Source: Clostridia bacterium
GTDB taxonomy: Bacteria; Bacillota; Clostridia; Christensenellales; Borkfalkiaceae
Direction of reading: 5' to 3'
Assembly: GCA_017504165.1 (NCBI GenBank)
Contig: JAFVRR010000002.1
Span: forward strand, 13,374 to 77,373
DNA length: 64,000 nt
In this document: positions 1 through 7,745 of the stretch, piece after piece
How the letters are laid out: each line of letters opens with the position of its first letter
How positions within the stretch are numbered: position 1 is the first letter of the stretch
Made by a program: the position numbers and the translations under genes
Notes under the pieces: model-generated
Told to the model about the DNA's origin: nothing
The model's database searches: none
What the model saw: the letters and a program-made list of their open reading frames with translations, nothing else

Positions 1-276
1 GTAATAGATGCCCGCCACGATAATTATTACGCTTCAATTTACGAAGATAATATAGTCGTTAAAGAACCTTGTTTTTTAACGAAAGACGAAATTCTTTGTT
101 TAAAGGATAGTTACGACGTATTGTCGGCAACCGATAGCGATATAACCACCGTTAAGTGTGACCTTTTGCAAGGTTTAGTTAAAGCGGTGAAAGAAAAACT
201 TAAAACTTCTATTACCGATAGGGAATCGCTTATTCCGTTATACGTTAAAAAAAGTCAGGCGGAGGAAGGATTATGA
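1..276 (+). CDS. tsaB: tRNA threonylcarbamoyladenosine biosynthesis protein TsaB, C-terminal fragment (5' end lies outside the window)
   Basis: Frame 1 is open from base 1 to the TGA at 274-276. That stop overlaps the rimI ATG (ATGA). tsaB directly upstream of rimI is the usual arrangement. The fragment itself is poorly diagnostic. Confidence 0.5.
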   Translation, partial: VIDARHDNYYASIYEDNIVVKEPCFLTKDEILCLKDSYDVLSATDSDITTVKCDLLQGLVKAVKEKLKTSITDRESLIPLYVKKSQAEEGL

Positions 277-710
277 TAATCCGAAAATGGCTGTATACAG
301 ACGTTAGTTCCGTTTTCAAAATAGAAAAGGAAAGTTTTTCCGACGCGTGGACTAAGGAAATGATTTCCGATACCTTTATTCAAGATAACTTTATAGGTTT
401 CGTCGCGGAAGAAAATGAAAAGGTTATAGGCTATATAGCCTTAACTTACTGTTTAGACGAGGCGGAAATTAACATTATAGCGGTAACTCGCGACTTTAGG
501 CGAAAAGGGGTTGCATCGGCTCTTCTTAACGCTACGTACGAGGCGTTGTTATCATCGGGCATTGATAAAATTTTTCTAGAAGTTAGAAAAAGCAATAAAA
601 GCGCTCAAAACCTATATAAAAAGCATGGCTTTACAGTGATTGGCGTAAGACCTAAGTATTATAAAGGGATTGAGGACGCTATTTTAATGCGCAAAGATTT
701 AAAGGAGTAG
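273..710 (+). CDS. rimI: Ribosomal-protein-alanine N-acetyltransferase (GNAT family)
   Basis: The 145-aa product has a GNAT acetyl-CoA motif (RRKGVASALL). Its size and its position after tsaB are typical of RimI. Confidence 0.8.
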   Translation: MIIRKWLYTDVSSVFKIEKESFSDAWTKEMISDTFIQDNFIGFVAEENEKVIGYIALTYCLDEAEINIIAVTRDFRRKGVASALLNATYEALLSSGIDKIFLEVRKSNKSAQNLYKKHGFTVIGVRPKYYKGIEDAILMRKDLKE

Positions 711-712
711 TT

Positions 713-1429
713 ATTTATAAAACAATTGACGGAATTGTACTTATAGATAAAGGCGAAGGCTATCCTATAGTTTTTTTGCACGGATATTTATCAAATAAAG
801 AAAGTTTTTCATACCAAATAGAGTATTTTTCCAGGTTTTTTAGGGTTATAGCGATAGATATAACTAGTTTTGGCGATAGTAAAAAACTTCCGTTTGCCTA
901 TTCGCTAGACGATTACGCTTTAGATATTAAAAAGGTTATAAAAACTTTAAATTTAACTAGTTATCATCTGCTTGCCCATTCTTTCGGCGGTAGAATAGCG
1001 TTAAAACTTGCAAGCGAAAATATAGGGGTTAACAAACTTGTATTGACGGGTTCGGCAGGGCTAAAACCTAAAAGGAGTTTTAAGTATTATTTTAAGGTAT
1101 ACTTATATAAAATAATTAAAAGGTTTTTATCTAGCGAAGTAAAGAGTAAGTTTGGCAGTAGTGAATATCGCTCGCTTTCGGGCTACGATAAAGAAAGTTA
1201 CTATAAAATAGTAAACGAATACCTTGACGGGTATCTTAATAAAATAGAAAACAACACTTTAATAGTTTTCGGCGGTAACGATTTGGAAACTCCGCCGTAT
1301 ATGGCAAAAAAATTAAATAAGGGGATAAAAAATAGTTCTCTTTATTTTATAAAAGGCGCGGGGCATTTTTGTTTTTTAGAAAAACCCGTAGAATTTAACC
1401 TTATAGTAAATGAATTTTTAAGGGGATAA
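713..1429 (+). CDS. Alpha/beta-fold hydrolase; the start is probably non-canonical
   Basis: It carries a GHSFGG nucleophile elbow and an HG oxyanion motif. The tracked TTG at 776 lies inside the conserved PIVFLHG strand. The frame is open from 674, and AAAGGAG (701-707) precedes an ATT at 713. Confidence 0.7.
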   Translation: MYKTIDGIVLIDKGEGYPIVFLHGYLSNKESFSYQIEYFSRFFRVIAIDITSFGDSKKLPFAYSLDDYALDIKKVIKTLNLTSYHLLAHSFGGRIALKLASENIGVNKLVLTGSAGLKPKRSFKYYFKVYLYKIIKRFLSSEVKSKFGSSEYRSLSGYDKESYYKIVNEYLDGYLNKIENNTLIVFGGNDLETPPYMAKKLNKGIKNSSLYFIKGAGHFCFLEKPVEFNLIVNEFLRG

Positions 1430-1432
1430 AAT

Positions 1433-3106
1433 ATGTTCTTACCACTTAATATCGACAGTATTTCTGGGCTTTTCAATTCAAATATTATTTTAGGATTTTT
1501 ATTAGTAGGTCTTTTAAACGGCGTGCTAATGCTTTCTATTTCCTATAAATTTTTACAAGTGGTGCAACAATGCGGTTACAACGGTAAAGAATACGCCAAG
1601 TGGCTTATAAGAAAGGATAACGCCAACTTTAACGGAATAATGATGTTATCTCTTTTATCCGTACTTGGTTTTATGCTTATAAATATGGCGCTCTCTTTTA
1701 TAAACGATTATTGGGTATCGTATACGGGCTTTGCCGTTTACGTTTTATTCTTAATTTTTTATTTTATTAACGAATTTAAAAAGAAAGAGAAAGTTCCGCT
1801 TGTCGTAACTAAAAGAATGATAAGACTACTTATAACCTTTATTTTAGTGGTAATTATCTTTAGTTTTATTTTAATAATGGGCGTTAACGTTTTGGCAATA
1901 GTATTTAAAGGGGCGCTTATAGCAAACTTTAGATACGCAGTTATTTGCTTTTGCCCTATGTGCGTTCCGTATTTGTTACTTGTTGCGTTCTATATAAATT
2001 TACCTTTAGAAAATGCAATTATCAATAAATACGTTAAAAAATGCACTTTAAAACTAAAAGAAAGGGAAGACCTTATTAAAATAGGAATAACTGGAAGTTA
2101 CGGAAAAACTTCCGTTAAAGAAATTTTAAAGGTAATTTTATCTGAAAAATACAAAGTTTCAGCAACACCGCTATCATATAACACACCGCTTGGTATATCT
2201 AAAACGGTAAAGAGATTCGACGGTACTGAAGAAGTATTTATTGCCGAAATGGGCGCAAGGCGAGTTGGCGATATTAAAAAACTAACGGAAATAGTTTCTC
2301 CTAATATTGCCGTAATAACTGGCGTTGTTTGTCAACACTTAGAAACCTTTAATAAAATAGAAAATATTAAAAAGACTAAGTACGAACTTATTGAGCATAT
2401 GGTCGATGGCAAGGCGATTTTCTCTTGCGATAACCTTGCGACGCGTGAAATGTTTAAAAAATGCAAAAAACCTAGCGTTTTAGCGGGCATTAATACTAAA
2501 TCTAAACCGCACGTTTACGCTACCGATATCGTAGTTTCTGAAAATGGAACGGCGTTTACTTTGCATATAGGCGAAAATACGGCGTCTTGCTCAACTATGC
2601 TTTTAGGCAAGCACAACGTTTCTAATATTTGTTTAGCGGTGGCGGTTGCCGATACGTTAGGGCTTACCATTTCTGAAATCTCTTCGGCAATATCTAGAAT
2701 TCAACCTATAAAACATAGATTAGAACTTATAAAATCTAACGGATTATACGTCTTAGACGATAGTTATAACGCTAATCCCGAAGGTGTTAAAAGCGCGATT
2801 GACGTGCTTAAGACTTTTAAGGGAAATAAATACGTAGTAACGCCGGGCATAGTAGAACTTGGCTTTTTAGAAAACGAAAAGAATTTAGAGTTTGGCAAAC
2901 TTCTATCAAAAGTTGCTACGGGCGTTATTTTAGTAGGGCGCGCAAGGGCTTTAAAAATTCGTGAAGGCTTACTTGAAAGCGGATTTAATGCGGATAACAT
3001 CTATATGGTTTCTTCGCTTGATGAGGCAAAAAAGATAATATCCGAAATCGCAAAAGAAGGCGACGTTGTTTTATTTGAAAACGACCTTCCCGATAAGTAC
3101 CTTTAA
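1433..3106 (+). CDS. murF: MurF-type UDP-MurNAc-tripeptide--D-Ala-D-Ala ligase with an N-terminal polytopic membrane domain
   Basis: The Mur-ligase P-loop GITGSYGKTS sits at residues 218-227, and DDSYNANP lies in the C-terminal domain. The gene is adjacent to ddl. Residues 1-200 are strongly hydrophobic. Confidence 0.7.
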   Translation: MFLPLNIDSISGLFNSNIILGFLLVGLLNGVLMLSISYKFLQVVQQCGYNGKEYAKWLIRKDNANFNGIMMLSLLSVLGFMLINMALSFINDYWVSYTGFAVYVLFLIFYFINEFKKKEKVPLVVTKRMIRLLITFILVVIIFSFILIMGVNVLAIVFKGALIANFRYAVICFCPMCVPYLLLVAFYINLPLENAIINKYVKKCTLKLKEREDLIKIGITGSYGKTSVKEILKVILSEKYKVSATPLSYNTPLGISKTVKRFDGTEEVFIAEMGARRVGDIKKLTEIVSPNIAVITGVVCQHLETFNKIENIKKTKYELIEHMVDGKAIFSCDNLATREMFKKCKKPSVLAGINTKSKPHVYATDIVVSENGTAFTLHIGENTASCSTMLLGKHNVSNICLAVAVADTLGLTISEISSAISRIQPIKHRLELIKSNGLYVLDDSYNANPEGVKSAIDVLKTFKGNKYVVTPGIVELGFLENEKNLEFGKLLSKVATGVILVGRARALKIREGLLESGFNADNIYMVSSLDEAKKIISEIAKEGDVVLFENDLPDKYL

Positions 3107-3170
3107 TTAGGTTTATAAACTTAAGAAAAATAATAAAAACACCAAAGCGAAAACGTGGAGGTGTTTTTTT

Positions 3171-4313
3171 ATGAGAAATATTTTAGTGTTTTTTGGTGGC
3201 AAATCGGTAGAGCACGACGTCTCTATCATAACCGGCGTTTTAACGCTTAATTCGCTTGATAAAGCCCTTTATAATCCCATTCCCGTGTACGTTGACAAAG
3301 AGGGGAAGTGGCTTAGTGGCGAAGAACTTTTCGACATAGGAAATTTTAAGAAAAAAGAGTTTAAAAAACTAAAGAAAGTAACTTTAATTGCAGGCGATAA
3401 TTCCCTTTATTACGTCAATAAAAATAGGCTTAAAAAAGGGGAAATTATCTACGCGTCAATCAACTGTATGCACGGATTAAACGGCGAAGACGGCGCTCTA
3501 ATTGGCGCTTTAAAAATGAGTGGAATTGCCTTTGCAAGCCCCGATATTTTCGGTAGTTCTTTATCTATAGATAAAGACTATACTAAAATTTTCCTTTCAG
3601 GCATTGGGGTAGACAAACTTCCGTACGTTAGAATTCTACGCTCTAATTACTACGAGAAAAAGGAAACGGCAATCCGCCTTGTTGAAAGAAAATTTTCATA
3701 TCCCGTAATTGTAAAACCCGCAAATTTAGGTAGCAGTATAGGTATATCGACGGCAAAGAATAAACTAGAACTTTTATCCGCTTTAGACGGCGCTTTTTTA
3801 TACGACGATAAAGTGATAGTTGAAAAGGAACTAGTAGGTTTTAAAGAAATCAATTGCGGGGCGTATAAACTTAAAGATAAAATTATTGTTTCCGAGTGCG
3901 AAGAACCTATAACTAAAAACGAAATACTTTCCTTTAACGATAAATATTTAGGCTATAAAACGGGCTCTAATAAAAAATTCCCTGCCGATATTCCTATAGA
4001 CGTTAGAAATAAAATTCAGCAAGTTACCGAAAAAATTTATCGCAAAGCCGATTTTAACGGCGTTATTAGAATAGACTACATATTATTTGACGGTAAAATT
4101 TACGTTAACGAAATAAATACCGTTCCAGGCTCGCTAGCGTACTACTTATTCGTAGACACCATCAAAGATTTTTCGCTATTTTTAACAAGCCTTATAGAAG
4201 AAGGGGTTAAAAAGCATAGAGAGTATATAAATAGGAAATTTTTGTATTCGTCAAATATATTAAACGGCTTTGGGAATAAAGGCAGTAAGTTAAAGAAAGT
4301 TGACAAGAATTAA
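3171..4313 (+). CDS. ddl: D-alanine--D-alanine ligase
   Basis: The N-terminus FGGKSVEHDVS is typical of Ddl. ATP-grasp motifs are present (KPANLGSSIGI, EINTVPG). A GGAGG RBS precedes the start. Confidence 0.9.
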   Translation: MRNILVFFGGKSVEHDVSIITGVLTLNSLDKALYNPIPVYVDKEGKWLSGEELFDIGNFKKKEFKKLKKVTLIAGDNSLYYVNKNRLKKGEIIYASINCMHGLNGEDGALIGALKMSGIAFASPDIFGSSLSIDKDYTKIFLSGIGVDKLPYVRILRSNYYEKKETAIRLVERKFSYPVIVKPANLGSSIGISTAKNKLELLSALDGAFLYDDKVIVEKELVGFKEINCGAYKLKDKIIVSECEEPITKNEILSFNDKYLGYKTGSNKKFPADIPIDVRNKIQQVTEKIYRKADFNGVIRIDYILFDGKIYVNEINTVPGSLAYYLFVDTIKDFSLFLTSLIEEGVKKHREYINRKFLYSSNILNGFGNKGSKLKKVDKN

Positions 4314-4335
4314 TAAAACGTATATAATAAAAATA

Positions 4336-4673
4336 CCAAGATAGTTGTGCGCCTGCGGGAAAGTAATTTCACGAGGAAAGTCCGAGCTTCGCATAGCGTG
4401 GTGCCGGTTAACGGCCGGTGAAGGTGACTTCAAGGAAAGTGCAACAGAAAATAACCGCAACTTTAGTTGTAAGGATGAAAAGGCGAGGTAAGAGCTCACC
4501 GCCTTTACGGTAACGTAAGGGGCAGTGTAAACCCCACCTGAAGCAAGATAGGGGTGTGAGTAACGGTGCTATGTCGTCACACCTGTTTTATTCGCTTGAG
4601 CCGTGTAGTAATATACGGTCTAGATAGATAGGCGCATTAAATGACAGAACTCGGCTTATAGATTATCTTGGCA
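4336..4673 (+). ncRNA. rnpB: RNase P RNA (bacterial M1-type ribozyme)
   Basis: The conserved GAGGAAAGTCCG (from 4373) and ACAGAACTCGGCTTATAG (from 4644) elements are present. The P1 helix pairs CCAAGATA (4336-4343) with TATCTTGG (4664-4671). No credible ORF is present. Confidence 0.9.
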
Positions 4674-4682
4674 TTTGAGTTT

Positions 4683-4718
4683 AAAGGGGCTGTTTTATTA
4701 AACAGCCCCTTAAAAAAA
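4683..4718 (+). terminator. Intrinsic terminator after rnpB
   Basis: An AAGGGGCTGTT / AACAGCCCCTT stem is flanked by A/T-rich sequence (TAAAAAAA follows on + strand). Confidence 0.65.
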
Positions 4719-4828
4719 CTGTAAAATAGGTCGTTTTTTAACATACAACACGTCGATTTTTCTTATTTACATATGTATACTTTATATAGTATAATAAATT
4801 GTAGTTTTATTTTTAAAAGGGAGAACTT

Positions 4829-6196
4829 ATGAGAAAATTTTTAATATTATTATTAAGCGTAATAATGAGCATATCAGTACTTGGCTTAATTGCTTGTGGT
4901 GGCGAACAATCTGAAACGCCTGGTGGTAATGGTGGCGAACCAACTCCACCTGAATATACCGTAGAAGGTACGCCTGGTTTACGTTATAACGTTTACGGGC
5001 AAGGCGAAAATCAATACGCATCTTTTATCGGCTTATCAAGAGATTGCAAAGAAACTAATATCGTTATAGCATCTCACTATAACGGCGTAAAGGTAACTGA
5101 AATTGGCGACGGTGTTAACTATATGGCTAGTTTTGACGACGTTGAAACGTTAAAAGTTCATAGATATATTAAAATTATTAACGCATCGTCGCTTAATAGA
5201 AGTAAATCGCTTAAAACTATTGATTTTGAAGATGAATGCCAACTTGAAAAAATTGGCGGTTCGGCATTTAAAAATGCTAAAAAACTTGAAAACTTTAACT
5301 ATAAAGGTAAAATCAACTTTTTAGGTGACGGCGCGTTTAGTGGATGCGAATCGTTAAAGACAACCGCTTACGAAGGCGCTGAATATATTGGTAGCAATAT
5401 TAACCCATACCTTATTTTATTAAACGGTACGGAAGCGGAAAGCGTTAAAGTTCATAAAGACTGTGAGGCAATTCACTCTAGCGCTTTTGAAGAAAACGCT
5501 ACTACTAAAACTATTACTTTTGAAAGTAACGATACTTTGCTTAGCATTGGTGGTTTAGCATTCTCTAAATCGGCAATTACCGAAATTACTATTCCTAAAA
5601 CTGTAACTAATATCGGCGAATCTGCCTTTGCCGAAGCAAATAGTCTAGTAACCGTTACCTTTGATAAAGAAAGCGAACTTACCTATCTTGGGGGTAGGGC
5701 GTTTAGAAGATGTCAAAAACTTGAAGAACTTGTAAACTTTGAGTGTACTAAAATTACAACTTTAGGGGAAGAATTGCTCTATTTTGGCGACAATAAAGTT
5801 TATCCGTCATCTTTAAAATATATAAAAGTTCCTAAAACTGTTACGATAATAATGAAAGCGTGTATGTGGGGATGTTCTAACGTGACTGAGATAAATCTTC
5901 CTACAGATGGAGCATTATCTGAAATAGAATATCACGCGTTTAGGGGTTGTGGAAAAGTAAAAACCCTTATTATACCTAAAACTGTACAAAAAATAGGCTA
6001 TGATATTATAGCTTGGGGACATAAAGATTTACAAATTTTCTGCGAAGTGGAAAGCGCACCTGCAGGTTATAATCCTGGTAGATGGAATCAATACCAAAGT
6101 GGGAACACGGGCATTTTACACGATACTTATTATTATAGCTATACTTATAAAGCGGGTGCTTGGCATTACGTTAACGGCGAGCCTACTTTATGGTAA
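4829..6196 (+). CDS. Surface lipoprotein with BspA-type leucine-rich repeats
   Basis: The signal peptide ends in a lipobox (LGLIAC). Repeats of the form IxIPxxVxxIGxxAFxxC recur through the protein. Confidence 0.75.
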   Translation: MRKFLILLLSVIMSISVLGLIACGGEQSETPGGNGGEPTPPEYTVEGTPGLRYNVYGQGENQYASFIGLSRDCKETNIVIASHYNGVKVTEIGDGVNYMASFDDVETLKVHRYIKIINASSLNRSKSLKTIDFEDECQLEKIGGSAFKNAKKLENFNYKGKINFLGDGAFSGCESLKTTAYEGAEYIGSNINPYLILLNGTEAESVKVHKDCEAIHSSAFEENATTKTITFESNDTLLSIGGLAFSKSAITEITIPKTVTNIGESAFAEANSLVTVTFDKESELTYLGGRAFRRCQKLEELVNFECTKITTLGEELLYFGDNKVYPSSLKYIKVPKTVTIIMKACMWGCSNVTEINLPTDGALSEIEYHAFRGCGKVKTLIIPKTVQKIGYDIIAWGHKDLQIFCEVESAPAGYNPGRWNQYQSGNTGILHDTYYYSYTYKAGAWHYVNGEPTLW

Positions 6197-6292
6197 TTTA
6201 ATTTAAAGCCCTATTTGCGTCGCAATACGGCGTTAACTGCTTTGGTTTTGGACTTCGATAACCCAAAAGGTTAATCTCATCCCAAACCCTTC

Positions 6293-6463
6293 GCGAGCCT
6301 TGTCTTGCTAGCAACTAGTGCTTTAAATAATCTATTTGATTAAGCAAAGTAGTAAGAGCCTAGCCTAACTTGTTTCTAGTGCTTTAAATGAGTGCATTAT
6401 TTAAGTTTGGCGTAAGCGAGCCTTGTCTTGCTAGCAACTAGTGCTTTAAATAGGTGCATTATT
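6293..6463. repeat. Degenerate ~61-bp tandem repeat, three units, the outer two sharing a perfect 37-nt core
   Basis: GCGAGCCTTGTCTTGCTAGCAACTAGTGCTTTAAATA occurs at 6293-6329 and 6416-6452. CTAGTGCTTTAAAT occurs at 6315, 6376 and 6438. Each 37-nt core contains the palindrome TTGCTAGCAA. Confidence 0.85.
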
Positions 6464-6478
6464 CAACTAAATAAAATT

Positions 6479-6507
6479 AAAAGCGGTTGCAAATTGCCAC
6501 CGCTTTT
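6479..6507. terminator. Bidirectional intrinsic terminator between the LRR gene and ychF
   Basis: AAAAGCGGT pairs with ACCGCTTTT, with an inner GCAA/TTGC extension. A-runs and T-runs flank the stem on both sides. Confidence 0.7.
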
Positions 6508-6519
6508 AAAATTTTAATT

Positions 6520-7617
6520 TTAAACGTTAAATCTAAATAAAACAACGTCACCGTCTTTCATAACGTATTCTTTACCTTCAGAACGAACTTTACCAAGTTC
6601 TTTTGCCTTAACGTAACTACCGCATTCTAAAAGGGTAGTCCATTCAACGACTTCCGCGCGTATAAAACCCTTTTCAAAATCGCTGTGAATTTTGCCTGCC
6701 GCTTGTGGGGCTTTCGTACCGTTTTTAATAGTCCACGCTCTAGTTTCAGGCTCGCCCGACGTTAAGTAACTAATTAAACCTAGAAGTTTATAACTTGCTT
6801 TTACAAGGCGGTTAAGACCGCTTTCAGTAAGACCTAAGTCTTCAAGGAATAAAACTTGTTCTTCAGGGTCAAGTTGAGAAATTTCTTCTTCCGTTTTAGC
6901 AGAAATTACTAAAACTTCGCTATTTTCATTATCGGCAAATTCTTTAACTTTTAAGGCGTAAGGAATTTCTTCAATTTCCTTTCCCATATCGTTTTCAGAG
7001 ATATTTGCGGCGTAAATAACGGGTTTATCGGTAATTAAGAACAATCCGTCAACGTATTTCTTTTCTTCTTCATTAAACTCAATACTTCTTACAGGTTTTT
7101 CTGCTTGAAGGGTATCTAAAATACGTTTTAATAAATCCGCTTCTTCCTTATACTTTTTGTCCCCCGTCTTTATCATAGAAAAGGCTTTATCGTACCTTTT
7201 TTGAATGGTTTCCATATCGGCTAAAATAAGTTCAAGGTTAATAGTTTCAATATCGCCGATAGGGTCTACCACGTTATTAACGTGAATAACGTTTTCGTCT
7301 TCAAAACATCTAACTACGTGCACGATAGCGTCTACTTCACGAATATGTGATAAAAACTTATTTCCTAAGCCTTCGCCTTTTGACGCGCCCTTAACAAGCC
7401 CTGCAATGTCTACGAATTCGATAGTTGCAGGGGTAATTTTTTTGCTTTGATATAAAGATGCAAGTTTGTCAAGCCTTTCGTCTGGTACTGCTACGATACC
7501 TACGTTTGGTTCGATTGTACAAAACGGAAAGTTTGCCGCTTGCGCGCCCGCGTGAGTTATTGCGTTAAATAAAGTTGATTTGCCTACGTTTGGTAAGCCT
7601 ACTACACCTAATTTCAT
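6520..7617 (-). CDS. ychF: Ribosome-binding ATPase YchF
   Basis: The N-terminal P-loop is GVVGLPNVGKSTLFNA. The protein ends in a TGS-like C-terminus (DGDVVLFRFNV). Confidence 0.95.
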   Translation of the reverse strand: MKLGVVGLPNVGKSTLFNAITHAGAQAANFPFCTIEPNVGIVAVPDERLDKLASLYQSKKITPATIEFVDIAGLVKGASKGEGLGNKFLSHIREVDAIVHVVRCFEDENVIHVNNVVDPIGDIETINLELILADMETIQKRYDKAFSMIKTGDKKYKEEADLLKRILDTLQAEKPVRSIEFNEEEKKYVDGLFLITDKPVIYAANISENDMGKEIEEIPYALKVKEFADNENSEVLVISAKTEEEISQLDPEEQVLFLEDLGLTESGLNRLVKASYKLLGLISYLTSGEPETRAWTIKNGTKAPQAAGKIHSDFEKGFIRAEVVEWTTLLECGSYVKAKELGKVRSEGKEYVMKDGDVVLFRFNV

Positions 7618-7709
7618 TTTTTATGTTCACCCTAAAAGTATATAATACGTATATTATATACTATTTTCTAAATACTTTCAAACTTTTTAGTCTATTATAA
7701 CAAAAATTA

Positions 7710-7738
7710 TTGCGAAAATTATTTAATTGTGGTAAAAT
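7710..7738 (+). promoter_or_regulatory. Putative sigma-A promoter of argS
   Basis: -35 TTGCGA (7710-7715), a 17-nt spacer and -10 TAAAAT (7733-7738). The argS ATG follows 7 nt later. Confidence 0.4.
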
Positions 7739-7745
7739 TTATACT

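Noticed and set aside
3141-3170. A weak hairpin (AACACC ... GGTGTT plus a T-run) between murF and ddl that would sequester the ddl GGAGG.
   Set aside because: The stem is only 6 bp with a 16-nt loop, which is too weak to call as a terminator or riboregulator.
4290-4499. A 69-aa minus-strand ORF.
   Set aside because: It overlaps the RNase P RNA gene, whose conserved elements and P1 pairing explain the region.
6293-6463. Possible mini-CRISPR array or small peptide genes in the intergenic repeats. On the minus strand, two units begin ATG CAC .. TTT AAA GCA CTA.
   Set aside because: There are only three units, and the middle one is degenerate across most of its length. There is no unique-spacer architecture and no cas genes. 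The putative peptides are 10-20 aa, lack an RBS, and one unit has no start codon.
7618-7745. A T-box leader upstream of argS.
   Set aside because: The region is only 128 nt and is shared with the divergent ychF promoter. No specifier-loop, T-box sequence or terminator/antiterminator structure is visible.
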